DNA from: Malacoraja senta
Lineage: Eukaryota
Length of the DNA: 64,000 bases
Direction of reading: 5' to 3'
NCBI GenBank assembly: GCA_038087875.1
Contig: CM075991.1
Span: 8,992,001 to 9,056,000, forward strand
Below are positions 26,708 to 40,055 of the stretch, in pieces; the first letter of the stretch is position 1, and every line of letters starts with the position of its first letter. The notes beneath the pieces were generated by a model. That model was not told where the DNA came from. It searched no databases and saw only the letters and a program-made list of their open reading frames with translations. Both the position numbers and the translations under genes were made by a program.

Positions 26708-27236
26708 AGGGGCTGTCCCACTTAGGCGACCTAATTGGTGAGTTTAGAAGAGCTTAGGAGAGTTTGAAAAAATGTCATGTTGAAGACCTCCTTCGACTAT
26801 GTTGAAGACCAGCTTCGACTAGCTACGGGAAAATTGGACACCGAATAGTGGAGAGTGAAGACGACCTCCTTCGATCTCCTTCAACCTCCCATCGACTATG
26901 ATGAAGACTATCTACGACTACCTTCGTCTACCTTCGACTACCTTCGACTACCCTCGATTACTTACGACTAACATGCCGACCTACTACGACTAAATCTATG
27001 AGTAAAAAAAGTATCGATTTTTTTCCATGGCGACCTTTTTTTACTCGCGGGCATTTTTCAACGTTGAAAAATACGCCGCGACCTAGCTGAGGCCTCGAGT
27101 ACGCGGAGACCACTCTCGAGCATGAAGGAGAGTTACGAAGAACTCCTACGACCTCGTGTCGACCATGCTGCGAGCATGAATCGAGGGCAAACTCGCCAGA
27201 ACCCGCGGATTAGGTCGCCCAAGTGGGACAGTCCCT
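26708..27236. mobile_element. PIF/Harbinger-like MITE (CGAC-rich family) inserted in CR1
   Basis: AGGGGCTGTCCCACTT..AAGTGGGACAGTCCCT, TAA TSD. Confidence 0.85.
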
Positions 27237-27599
27237 TAAGAAACATTTATTTCGACAGGTACATGGATAGGACAGGTTTGGAGGGATTTGGACCAAACGC
27301 AGGCAAGTGGGACTAGTATAGATGGGACATGTTGGCCGGTGTGGGCAGGTTGGGTCGACACTGTATCACTCTATGACTCTATAACTGATTTTAGAAAAAG
27401 AGGGGGGTTTATGATTTGTTATATTAGGCTTTGGAGACCCAAGGTTAACGGACTGGCCTAGATAATTCAGGGAACTTTCTTCTGATCATTTTTTAGTGCT
27501 GTCCATGAATCAACGATTCAACTATGCTTGCACTGTAAGGTACAGTGAAGTTCTTTGTTTTTTTTGTTCATGTACTTGTTCAAATGTCTTTTAGACAAC

Positions 27600-27900
27600 G
27601 GGCGGCATGGTGGCATAGTGGTAGAACTACTGCCTTACAGCGCCAGAGACCCGGGTTCAATCCTGACTACGGGTGCTTGTCTGCACAGAGTTTGTACCTT
27701 CTCCCTGTGACCTACGTGCGTTTTCTCCAAAGATCTTCGGTTTCCTCCCACACTCCAATAACGGTGCAGGTTTGTAGGTTAATTGGGCTTGGTATAAAAT
27801 GTAACCTGTCTCGAGAGTGTGTAGGATAGTGTTAGTGAGCGGGGATCGCTGACTCGGTGGACCGAAGGGTCTGTTTCTGTGCTGTATTTCTAAACTAAAA
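27600..27900 (+). mobile_element. HE1/V-SINE
   Basis: Full-length consensus match. Confidence 0.85.
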
Positions 27901-28458
27901 TGGACTAAAAACGAAACAATGAAATTTTACCTCATTTTACTGCTTGAACTGGCAACAGTTAACAACTTCAATATATAAAAATATGTGGTTGGTGTAGGGA
28001 GAGGGATTGTAAATTGCCTGACTAGATTTCTGTTTATTTTTCCATCTGTCGATATATTTATCTAATTTTCTATCTTCCTCTCTGTCCATCTGTCTGTTCA
28101 TCAATTTATCCATTTCACCATCTGTATGTTTGTTTATTTTATGTTTATTTATCTCCCATTCTCTTTATTGATCCTTCCATCTTTTTATTTATTTTCTAGC
28201 CAAGTCCCATCGAGTTCATTGCTACAGGTATATGTACAGCCAGGTACGATTGCAGTGAGAACCTTGCTTGCATCTGCAGCGCATGCACTCAGACGTAGAG
28301 AACATCCGAACCATAATCTACACATAAACTACGCATAAATTCCACAAGACAGTGGAAAGAGAAACAAAACTGCATCAAACAACAAGACGTCGGTGCAAAT
28401 CACAGTGGGGCTGCATGGTGGCGGAGCAGTAGAGTTGCGGTAAGCGGTACCTGCCTTA

Positions 28459-28788
28459 TAGCCCTGTCCCACGGTGCGAGTTCATTCCAAGAGCTCTCCC
28501 GAGTTTAAAAAAAATCAAACTCGTGGTAAGCACGGAGAATGAACGTAGCGGGTACGTCGGAGCTCGGGGACGTCTCTTAGCGGCTCGTAACGCTAACGGC
28601 AGGTACTCGGGAAGACTCGCTAACGGCAGGTAAGCTCGGGAAGACTCGTGAAGATGTTTCAACATGTTGAAAAATGTCGACGAGAGCCCCGAGTACTGAC
28701 GAGCGGCCATTACCATAAATCTCCGAGTTCGAATCGGGGCAAACTCGGGAGAGCTCTTCAAATGAACTCGTACCGTGAGACAGGGCTA
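28459..28788. mobile_element. PIF/Harbinger-like MITE inserted in an HE1 SINE
   Basis: TAGCCCTGTCCC...GAGACAGGGCTA with TTA TSD, splitting the SINE motif CTGCCTTACAGC. Confidence 0.85.
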
Positions 28789-29029
28789 TTACAGCACTTG
28801 ACACCCGGGTTCGATCCTGACTGCGGGTGCTGTCTGTATGGAGTTTGTACATTCTCCCCGTGACCACGTGGGTTTTCTCCGAGTTCACTGGATTCCTCCT
28901 ACAATTTGAAAACATGCAGGTTTGTAGGTTAATTGGCTGCTGTAAATTGGCTGGGAATTTGAAGCTGCTATTTCTCACTACCCCTGATGAATTTTCTATC
29001 GAGCTCTCTTGTCTATTTATCTATTTCTC

Positions 29030-29083
29030 GGATTGGGAGATTGCAACCTTCACGTGGTCCACCCTGTTTCGACTAATGCAATC
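29030..29083 (+). ncRNA. Predicted minimal HDV-like ribozyme, P1 damaged
   Basis: Same fold, but the P1 5' strand reads GGAUUGG, giving two mismatches to CCACCCU. Confidence 0.6.
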
Positions 29084-29163
29084 AACCCAACGTGCACAAA
29101 CAAATAGATCAAATAGAACAAGTTGACCTACTTTAGGCTGTGCACGTCATACGCAAGAAGAAG
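29030..29163 (+). mobile_element. Short ribozyme-headed retroposon, copy A
   Basis: 11-bp TSD ATCTATTTCTC (29019-29029 and 29164-29174), (GAA)n tail, two substitutions in the P1 5' strand. Confidence 0.88.
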
Positions 29164-29185
29164 ATCTATTTCTCCATCAGTTAGT

Positions 29186-29186
<1 letters not shown>

Positions 29187-29279
<93 letters not shown>

Positions 29280-29390
29280 GTCTATCTGTCTATCTATCTA
29301 TCTATCCAACTATCCATCTATCCATCTATCCATCTATCCATCTATCCAACTATCCATCTATCCATCTATCGTGTTTAAGAAGGAACTGCA
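29187..29390 (+). repeat. (TCTA)n/(TCCA)n microsatellite
   Basis: Read directly from the sequence. Confidence 0.97.
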
Positions 29391-29585
29391 GATGCTGGAA
29401 TAATCGAAGGTAGACAAAAGTGCTGGAGAAACTCAGCGGGTGCAGCAGCATCTATGGAGCGAAGGAAATAGGCAACGTTTCAGGCCGAAACCCTTCTTCA
29501 GACTGAACAAGGGTTTTGGCCCGAAACATTGCCTATTTCCTTCGCTCCATTGATGCTGCTGTACCCGCTGAGTTTCTCCAGCACT

Positions 29586-29587
<2 letters not shown>

Positions 29588-29659
<72 letters not shown>

Positions 29660-29697
29660 GGTCGGTCGGTCGGTCTGTCTGTCTGTCTGTCTGTCTA
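29588..29697 (+). repeat. (TCTG)n microsatellite
   Basis: Read directly from the sequence. Confidence 0.97.
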
Positions 29698-30499
29698 TCA
29701 TCTCTCTGTGTAAACATCTCTCCATCCTTCTATTAACCCATCTCACCATTCATCCATCATCTACCTCTCCCTGTGTCTCCATCAGCCTGCTGCCTGCCTC
29801 CCACTCCATCTATCCGTCGAGGAAAGTTCATACAAAGCTAATTGCAGATGGTCAAAGGATAAATCCGCGGAAAGATTAAGACTCACGGGTGGTAATAAAT
29901 CTCCCTCCCGCACCAATTTTATTAAGCTCCTAATTATAATTGGAAAGAGGAAGCCTCATTTTAAACCATTTATGGCGTGCACAGTGGCTGGGATGCGAAA
30001 TGTAATTTCCCCAGACGGGCTGTCAGTGATGATACTTGAAGCCCTGGCTGTTCACAGGATGAGCCCTGTCAGACTCGTCCTGTGATGCAAGATCATGCTC
30101 TGTCTTTGCAGTGTTCCATCCAAGTCAGGTGGAATAAAAATATCATTTATTTTTCCGCCTTGCCAATTTCTGTTCCTCGCGCTGGGCTAATTAGGCTGTG
30201 GTTCGCTGCGAGAGATTTATCCTTCCAATAACACAGATGGTTATAATTAACCGGACAACCACTAGGCTGCACGTTTGAGCATGAGACCATAAAGTTCGAG
30301 GAACACAATTGGGCCCATTCGGCCCATCACGTCTACTCCGCCATTCAATCGCGGCTGAGCTATCTTCCCCTCTCAACCCCATTCTCCTGCCTTCTCCCCA
30401 TAACCCCTGACACCCGTACTAATCAAAAATTTGATAATCTCCACCTGAACAATAGACTCTCAGTCTGAAGAAAAGTCTCAACTTGAAACAACACCTTTA

Positions 30500-30795
30500 A
30501 TTTAAAGATACAGCGCGGAAACAGGCCCTTCTAGTCCGCACCGACCAGCGATCCCCGCACATTGACACTATCCAACACCAGCAACAGTTTTTACATTTGT
30601 ACCAAGCCAATTAACCTACGAACCTGTACGTCTTTGGAGTGTGGGAGGAAACCGAAGATCTCGGAGAAAACCCCCACGGTCACGGGGAGAACGTTCAAAC
30701 TCCTTACAGATAGCAGCTGTAGTCGGGATCGAACTCGGGTCTCTGCCGTTTAGCGCTGTAAGGAGCAACTCTACCGCTGCGACACCGTGCCGCCC
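30500..30795 (-). mobile_element. HE1/V-SINE
   Basis: Consensus match. Confidence 0.85.
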
Positions 30796-32202
30796 TTTTG
30801 CAAATCATTCACTGGGTCACCCCGAACCCTCTGCATCTCAGAGGTCAGCAAATTTTCACCATTCAGATAATAACTCCTTTATATTTTTCCTGCCACAGTG
30901 ACCGATTTCACATTTTCCCACACTATAATCCATTTCCCATTCACTTAATGTATCCATGTCCCTCCATAGCCTCATTGTGTCCTCCGACCCTTCCTTATGT
31001 CATCTTTCTCGAGAGAGAGTCATTGAGTGGGCAATAATTCTCTCACTGTACACTGTGGCCCAGCCCAGTCACTGTAGGTAGCGTTGACCAGAAAGCCAAT
31101 ACTACACTGCCATGTTGCCTTTTAGTCATAGAATCATACAGTGTGGAAACAGGCCTGTCGGCCCAACTTGCCAACATTGACCAACATGTCCCATCTACAC
31201 CAGTCTCACCTGCCTGCGTTTGGCCCACATCCCAACCATGTACCTGTCTCAATGTTTCTTAAAATTTACGATGGTACCAGCCTTAACTACCTCCTATGGC
31301 AGCTTGTTCCATACACCCACCACCCTTTGTGTGCAAAATGTACCCATATTAAATATTCAATATTTAATAATATGAATACAGATTCATATTAAAACTTCCC
31401 CCCCCTCACCTTAAGCCTACAGAATGTCCTCTGGTTTCAGATTCCCTTACTCTGGCCAAGAGACTCTGTGCATCCCTCCGATCTATTTGCTCTCATGATT
31501 TTGTACACCTCTATAAGATCACCCCTCTTCCTCCTGCGCTCCATGGAATATAGTCGCAGCCTGCTCAACCTCTCCCTATAGCTCAGGCCCCTCGAGAACT
31601 AGCAACATCCCCACACAACTTCCCTTCACGCCCCTGCCTGTGCCATCGGTAAACTTAGTAATTACACTTATGATGCCTTCTTTCAAGCATACTACTTGTA
31701 ATACCTTGCCAACCAGAAAAAGCCCTGCGCACTCCATATCCTGTTAGCCCGCCAATTGTCTACCCACACCATAACGCTGCCTCCCACACCGTGATCTCTT
31801 TGCATTTACGCTCCAGAAATGCCGGTTAAAAATAAAGTTCCTCCTTCAGCACTGCTGTCAGACGGGTTGATAAGCATTTACTTTGTAACTGAACCATGCC
31901 AAGAGGCCATTTACTGTCAGGCAGCGCGGAATTTAATTGTGCATAAGGAAACCTTCCTGGTGCTGTAGATTGGTCTTTGGAGCAACAGGAAAGGGGATGA
32001 CATTCACCCCTCATCCCCTGACAAGAAGCTACCAGACTGGCATTGTAAAAATCTGCATTAACACATCACATCATTTCATGGCTCAAGTAAAAATCCAACG
32101 TGACTCTGTAAAAGGAATTAGTCTTCACTGACTGACAATTTAACTTCCTTGAATCCTTCGGGATGGTGAGGGCTTCCAAGGATGATTTGTCCCACTATCC
32201 GT

Positions 32203-32505
32203 TGGCGCAGCGGTAGAGTTGCTGCCTTTGCAGCACTTCCATCGCCAGAGACCCGGGTTCGATCCTGGCAAAGGGTGCATGGCTAGACGGAGTTTGTACG
32301 TTCTTCCCGTGATCTGCGTGGGTTTTCTCCGAGGATTTCAGCCTCCTCCCGCACTTCAAAGACGTACAGGTTCGTAGGTTAATTGGCTTGGTATATCTGT
32401 AAAAATGATCCCTAGTGCAGGATGGTGTTAATGTGCGGGGATCGCTGGTCAGTACGGACTCAGTGGGCCACAGGGCCTGTTACCACGTTGTGTATCTCTA
32501 AACGA
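32203..32505 (+). mobile_element. HE1/V-SINE
   Basis: Consensus match. Confidence 0.85.
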
Positions 32506-33341
32506 AAAAAAACCCGAACAAACAGAGCGATCAAAGAAGAACTAAATCACCGCCCGTTTATACTCCAAAAGAAGAGTAAATTATCAGCTCAGCGTGCGAT
32601 CTCGAAGCGTGCAGTGGGAAATCACACAGGATTTGAAGGTTTTGCGCTGGCAGAGTAAGTTGGTAGAGGAATTAAGAAGGACATGTCTGAAATGTGTAAA
32701 GCAGACAGATTGAAGCATGTTTCTTTATCCGAATAGCCTTGAAATGAGAGGAACATTTAAGGATACAGAAAAATATTGTGCTTTAAAAAACCTACTCTTT
32801 TCACAAGCTCAATCTTTTCATTTACTAATAACTCGATACAATAATTCAGTGATTTATCCCTTGAATCGTTTACCTTGAGTTTTTTTCTGTTCAGAAAAGA
32901 TTTATGAGAGCGTTGCCCAAGACACATGGGGCTGGTCTGGTTCGGACTTTATTTCTTGGCGCTCAGGAGCGTGAGAGCTGACTTTACAGAGACGTATAAA
33001 ATCATGAGGGGTATTGACAGGATGAGCACATCCCATGTTTGAGGGATCACAACTAGTAGGAGGAAGAAAAAAGATTTAATCCGGTGCTAATGGATGTTTT
33101 TTTCATCCTTTAGAGGATAATGTGAATATGGAACAAGCTGTCAGAGGAAATGGTTGAGATATACAATAAGATATCAAATATCAAAAGACATTTGGACATG
33201 GATAGGAAAGGTTCAGAGGGAAATGGGTTAAACCGGGCAAATGGGACTAGGTTAGAAGGGCAACTTGGTTGGCATGGACGGGTTGGGCTAAAGGGCCTGT
33301 TGTCGTGCAGTGTGTGTATGTATAAGTGCGTGTGTGTGTGT

Positions 33342-33344
<3 letters not shown>

Positions 33345-33375
<31 letters not shown>

Positions 33376-33575
33376 TCTCCAGCATTTTTGTCTACCATAT
33401 AAATATATATAGATCATATATATATATATATGTATGTGTATATATATATGATCTATATATATATATATATATATGATCTATATATATATATATATATATA
33501 TATGATCTATATATATATATATATATCATATATATATTCACATACATATATATGTGATCTATATATATTTATATA
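33345..33575. repeat. Compound (TA)n microsatellite with GATC interruptions
   Basis: Read directly from the sequence. Confidence 0.95.
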
Positions 33576-34374
33576 AGGTAGACAAAAATGCTGGAGAAAC
33601 TCAGTGTGTGAGGCAGCATCTATGGTGAGAAGGAATAGGTGACGTTTCGGGTCGAGACCCTTCTTCAGACTGATCAGATTTTTGTCTACCTTCGATTTTT
33701 CCAGCATCTGCAGTTCTTTCTTATATATATACATATATATGTATTTGTGAGGATGTGTATACATACACACACTGAACGTTTTTTCTCTCTCGTTTATTAT
33801 GTAGTTTACAGTGTACGATGTTTACATATTCTGTGCTGCTGTTGCAAGTAAGAATGTAATTGTTCTATCTGGGACACATGACAATAAGACACTTTTGACT
33901 TGTTTGATGATCTTGTTTGATTGTAATCATGCGTGTGCTGGAAACTTTACGGCAAATTGCTGGATTTAGAGACGCTAGCTCCTGATGTGTCCAGCCGATC
34001 TTATCCCATACAGATGGCAAGTACAATTCCTGATGTTTCGCCAGACACACTCTTGCTCCGCAAGTCAGTTAAACATCCATCGTCCATGTTCTTAGTCCCT
34101 GTCAGATACTACACAGAGCAGCTGCCAGCCAGGCTCGCTGTTTCTATCAGTCACTCGTTCCTACTGCCCGAGTCTATCATATATCCAAGAGGTTTACCAC
34201 CATCAATCTCCGTCATCTGGAGACAAGCCTTTATGGTCCTAATCTAGCTCTCAAGTCAAGTCCTTGCATCTCCCTCAGTTCAATTCCATTGCGGTCGAAT
34301 TATTTATTAAATATTTTCCCCGGACATAGCAGCCTAAGGTAGCTATTAGTCGATGCATAGGAACAACATTTAAC

Positions 34375-34850
34375 GTCATAGAGTCATAGAATGATACAGT
34401 GTGGAAATGGACCCTTCGGCCCATCTTGCCCACACCGGCCAACATAGCCCACCGGCTACACTAGTCCCACCTGCTTGCGCTTGGTCCGTATCCCCCCAAA
34501 CTTGTCTTATCCATGTACCTGTCTAACTGTTTCTTAAACATTGGGATCATCCCAGCCTCAACTACCTCCTCCGGCAGCTTGTTCCATACCCCCACCACCC
34601 TTTGTGTGAAAAAGCTACCCCTCAGATTCCTTTTAAATATTTCCCCCTTCACCTTGAACCTCTGGTCCTCGATTCCCCTACTCTGCGCAAGAGATTCTGT
34701 GCATCTACCCGATCTATTCCTCTCATGATTTTATACACCTATATAAGGTCACCCCTCATCCACCTGCGCTCCAAGGAATAGAGACTCAGCCTGCTCAACC
34801 TCTCCCGATAGCTCACATCCTCTAGTCCTGGCAACATCCTTGTAAATATC
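34375..34850 (-). mobile_element. CR1 3' fragment (second subfamily)
   Basis: RNLRGSFFTQRVVGVWNKLPEEVV. Same family at 9625-9950, 11215-11510, 16990-17250, 26590-27380 and 31125-31610. Confidence 0.85.
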
Positions 34851-35606
34851 TTCACAGAGACTGGTGAATATCTGAAATACTCTACCGTAGAATGCAGGAT
34901 CAATCGGTCCCTTTAAAGAGGCAGTCGATTAATTATTGGGAGGAGTTTTGTGGGAACTCAAAAGAGGAGATGAGGTTTCAGGCAGATAAGCCATGATCAT
35001 ATTGAATGAGAGGCCAGGCTTGAGGGACTGAGTGGCCCCATTACTGCTCCTGTTGGCTTATTCTTATGTCATAATACAACAGGTTCAAGTGGTACAGTGG
35101 TGCAACGATAGAGTTGTGTGCTTGCATTGAGAAATATCCATTGACTTGGCCTCCACAGCCTTCCGTGGCAAAGAATTTGACAGATTCAAAACCTTTGACA
35201 TGGCATTCATTCACTATTTAGGAATAGCAATCACTCCAAAATCTCGCACTGTTGCCAAGAACTGGGACTGCGTTAAAGATCGCAAGTAATTCTGAAGATG
35301 AACAGTTTTAGGAAATGCAGGAGCCCCTCCTTTGGACCAAGCGTTGGCCCTTGCCCTGGGTCAAGTTAACCAACCTCAGCTTGAGGAGTAATTGGGAAGC
35401 TGTAATTGACCCTTGACACCCCTTGGCTAAAGAACACGAAAACACGAAAAAAGTCTGAAGAAGGGTCTCAACCCGAAACGTCACCCATTCCTTCCATCCA
35501 GAGAAGCTGCCTGTCCCCGCTGAGTTACTCCAGCATTTTGCGTCTATCTTCGGTGTAAACCGGCATCTGCAGTTCCTTCCGACACAAACATTAACTTCGA
35601 TTTCTT

Positions 35607-35848
35607 TTTTTTCACTTAAATTTGTATTGATTTTTCAGAGATATTTACAAAACAGTGCAACACCATCACCATAAATAAAACAAAATAAGAAAAACAACAA
35701 TCAAAATAAAAAAATTAATAGATAGGGGAAAAAAAGGAATAAGACCATGTGGTTCACTTACCAAATTAAAAAAAAGTTATCTGGAGATATTTCAATATTC
35801 ACACAAACATACCATCTAGTTCTATATAACACAATCTTCCCTTATCTA
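35607..35848 (-). mobile_element. Short LINE 3' tail insertion
   Basis: T-run at the left end, flanked by the direct repeat AACTTCGATTTCTT. Confidence 0.5.
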
Positions 35849-36184
35849 AACTTCGATTTCTTCACTTAATTTATATCTGGATGCCTCTGTGTTGAGTTGC
35901 GGAGGTGGGTGCAGGGGCCGACTCAGGGTAGGATCTTATCTTCTGCTTGTTCATTCTGAAAATGCGCCCGGCATTTACTATTCAGCTCTAACTGCCTTTG
36001 AGAACCAGAGGAAACTATCGGGTGATGGAGTGGGAATGAGTTCTAACATTTAGACCCAGCAATGATGAAGGAACTGTGAAGGATTTCTCAGTGGTATATT
36101 TGGTGTATCAGTGGCAATATTTTCAAAGATAGTCCAAGGGTCACCAGTGAGGTAGATGGTAGCTCAAGAGTGCTCTCCAGTTGA

Positions 36185-36490
36185 TCCAGAACCAGGGGCC
36201 ACAGTTTAAGAATAAGGGGTAAGCCATTTAGAACGGAGACGAGGAAACACTTTTTCTCACAGAGAGTTGTGAGTCTGTGGAATTCTCTGCCTCAGAGGGC
36301 GGTGGAGGCCGGTTCTCTGGATACTTTCAAGAGAGAGGGCTTTTAAAGATAGTGGAGTCAGTGGATATGGGGAGAAGGCAGGAACGGGGTACTGATTGGG
36401 GAGGATCAGCCATGATCACATTGAACGGCGGTGCTGGCTCGAAGGGCCGAATGGCCTACTCCTGCACCTATTTTCTATTGTCTATTGTAA
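36185..36490 (+). mobile_element. CR1 3' fragment
   Basis: 3' end with (CTATTGT)n tail; sister copy at 52075-52320. Confidence 0.82.
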
Positions 36491-38062
36491 TAGGATGGTT
36501 CAGTTACCAGACAACAGCTGGGAAGAAACTGTTCCTGGATCTGGAGGTGTTGTAAGTACTTCAGTCCAACAACTATACATCACCAACAATTGACCTTCAA
36601 AGTACTATCTTTAATCGGACATTACTGGACTTTAATGTGCACTAAATGTTATCCCCTTTCTACTGTATCTGTATACTGTGGGTGCCTTGATTGTAAATCA
36701 TGTGTAGTCTTTTCTCTTTCATGTCTGCATGCAACAGAAAAGCTGTCTACGGTACACATGACAATAATAAACTAAATTAAAACTAAAATTGGTTTGTTGG
36801 CTGATTTCAGCATGCAGACGAGATGTTGTTGGCTTTGGAGTCACACGTAAACTAGACCAGGCAATCTGTGGTGATCGTACCTTTAGAAAGGAGACGAGGA
36901 GGAATTTCTTTGGTCAAAGGGTGGTGAATCTGTGGAATTTATTGATGCAGGCAGCTGTGGAGGCCAAGTCAATGGATATTTCTGAGGTGGAGATTGATAG
37001 ATTCTTGATTAGTACGGGTGCCATGGGTTACAGGGAAAAGGGGTTGAGATAGATCGGACATGATTGAATGGCGGAGTAGATTTGATGGGCCGAATGGCCT
37101 AATTCTGCTGCTATCACTTATGAACTTACGATGCCCACAAAACTATGAGATGGCTGGTTCTGTAATGTTCTTTATAGAACAGTGAACCAGATGAGATATA
37201 CAACCACTGCCTAGTTTACTGGCCACCATCTCTTATTTAATAATTCCAAGTATGAATTTATTGAATTAAACTAAAATAAAGATATATGCACTCATATTTT
37301 TTTATGACTTAGAAGGGCACAGAGTCCTTGCCGGCTTTCAGGGCAATCCAATCTGTCATGTTCGCCCACTTATATCCCTGTAACTTATTCCCTTTCAACT
37401 CTTCTCTGATTCTCTTACCAAGCACACACACACACCACGTGTAATTTACAGTAGCCAATTAACCCACCAACCTCACCTCTCTGGGATGTGGGAGGAAACC
37501 GGAGCACACCGAGGTAAAGCATACAAACGCCTCAAAATGACAACGCCCAAGATCAGGATTGAACCCATGTCTCTTGAGCTGTGAGGCAGCAACTCTGCTG
37601 GCTGAGTTAATTACTATTATCGGTTGCTGACATACGGTTGCTGTCATATTTAAGCTTTCCTGTTGTAAAAAAGGCAATTGCTATTGCATTGTGGGATACT
37701 TGGCCAAATATCATGGCAAGGTTTTTTTAAAGAAAGTTGAATAGTTTAATCTGTTGAGAAGGGGCCAGGGGAGGATTACTAGTGCTATTGGAATGCCTGG
37801 CTTTTGGCAAAGAGTGAAAAACAACTCCATATTTGGAGGTGGCTGATGTTTCCTGTGACATTACCTCATGCAATTGATATTGAGTCTGGGGGGTATATTA
37901 ACCCCGGTTTTCTGGTATTGCTGTGTGTGTTGCCTTTGGGTCTCTAGAACCGCACACGTCAGACGTTAAAATTAAAGCTTTGAATGGTCTTAACTGGTGT
38001 CTTTGTCTGTTTCTAAGTGAACTTTTTCAGCTGCACCACATTGCCACCTTGTTCTTTTTTTA

Positions 38063-38376
38063 AAGTTTAGACATACAGCACGGAAACATGCATTTCGGCC
38101 CCCCGAGTCCGCGTCGACCGGCGATCCCCGCACACTAGCACTATCCCACACTAGGGACAATTGTTACATTCATACCAAGCCAATTAACCTAACAACCTGC
38201 ACGTCTTTGGAGTGTGGGAGGAAACCAAAGATCTCGGAGAAAACCCACGCAGGTCAGAACGGGCAGAACGTACAAACTCCGCACAGACAAGCAGCCATAG
38301 CCAGGATCGAACCTGGGTCTCTGGCGCTGTAAGTGCTGTAAGACAGCAACTCTACCGCTGCACCACCGTGCCACCC
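38063..38376 (-). mobile_element. HE1/V-SINE
   Basis: Consensus match. Confidence 0.85.
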
Positions 38377-38489
38377 AATTTTTAAATTATTTTATTATTT
38401 CTTGCATGTCCACATTTCTTCCCAGCCCAGATTTGGCTTATTCATGGTTATCTGTTTTCCCCGGATTTGATTCAAGTTTGTTGATTACT

Positions 38490-38900
38490 CCCAGCTAATC
38501 ACCATTCTATATATAAACCATTCAAGCCCTCAATTAGATTCTAGCCTGTAACTCATTCCAATGAGGCCACCTATAAATCACCGGAACCCCTCAATTAAAT
38601 CACAGGCTGCAATCCATTATTCTGCATATCAACTAACTGATCCCTTGGATTAGATTCCAGTCTATAACTCATTCCCAGGTATCCATTACACTGCACATAA
38701 ACTATCTGATCCTCCTGATTAGATTCTAGCCTGTAACTCACACCTACGTATCAGTTATGCAATATCCAAACTCCCTCAATTCAATTCCAGATTGTAATTC
38801 ATTCCCAGGTCTCCATTATCCTGTAAGTAAAACCCTTTGAATCCTTTGTGGATTCCAGTCTGTAACTCATTCCATGCCGCCTGTGACTCTGAATATAATC
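38490..38900 (+). repeat. Degenerate tandem repeat, about 55-70 bp period, about 6 units
   Basis: Recurrent CCCTCAATTAGATTCYAGYCTGTAACTCATTCCCAGGTATCCATTA. Confidence 0.75.
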
Positions 38901-39070
38901 CTGCATGTTTTGCTGCCTCGAGTTTCATTTTTCGCATCCTGTCTCATGCAATGTTGTCCAAAACGTTTGCATGGTTCAGACTCTGTTTCTGACAATCGCA
39001 GTCACGGCGCGCACTCGGTGGGCCGAAGGGCCTGTTTCCACACTGTATCTCTAAACTAAAAACAAGAACA

Positions 39071-39385
39071 AGGCGGTCACGATGGCGCAGCGGTAGAGAT
39101 GCTGCCTTACAGCGAATGCAGTGCCGGAGAGCCGGATTCGATCCAGACTACAGGTGCCGTCAGTACGAAGTTGGTACGTTCTCCCCGTGGGTTTTCTCTG
39201 CGATCTTCGGTTTCCTCCCACATTCCAAAGACGTACAGGTATGTGGGTTAATTGGCTAGGTAAATGTAAAAATTGTCCCTAGTGTGTGTAGGGTAGTGTT
39301 AATGTGCGGGGATCGCTGGTCAGCGTAGACTCGGTGGGTCGAAGGGCCTGTTTCCACGCTGTATCTCTAAACTAAACTAAGACTA
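39071..39385 (+). mobile_element. HE1/V-SINE
   Basis: Consensus match. Confidence 0.85.
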
Positions 39386-39492
39386 AATCTCTCCTCAGCA
39401 TTTGCACAACACGCTCCTGTCGTCTGTGCATCACCTACAACAATTAAATTTACTAAACTAAACAATTTAGTGTGGCCAATTAACATCAGTGA

Positions 39493-40055
39493 TAAAGATA
39501 CTGTCACAGTGACAGAGTCATACGGCATGGAGACAGGACCTTTGTCCCAACTTGGCTATGCCAACCAAGAATCCCCAATTCAGTCCCATTTGCCCGCATT
39601 TGATCCATATCTCGCTAAACCTTTCCTATCCATGTACATGTCCAAGTGTCCTTTAAATGTTGTTAGCTTACCTGCCCCAACTACCGCTTGGTTCTTGATT
39701 TCTTGGTCCTCCAAAATATTCCAAATGGAATTTAAACTGGAGGTGGTGGAGGGAGGACTTAAGCCAGAAGGGGTTTTTAGGAAGGTAGCACTTTCTTCCC
39801 AAAAACCCCAGTTTAAATTCCATTTGGAATATTTTGGAGGACCAAGAAACCAAGAACCAAGCGGTAGTTGGGGCAGGTAAGCTAACAACATTTAAAGGAC
39901 ACTTGGACATGTACATGGATAGGAAAGATTTAGCGGGATATGGATCAAATGCGGGCAAATGGGACTGAATTGGGGATTCTTGGTTGGCATAGCCAAGTTG
40001 GGACAAAGGTCCTGTCTCCATGCTGTATGACTCTGTCACTGTGACAGTATCTTTA
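39493..40055. repeat. Long inverted repeat, 248-bp arms, 67-bp spacer
   Basis: 39493-39740 is the reverse complement of 39808-40055 with only a handful of mismatches. Confidence 0.93.
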
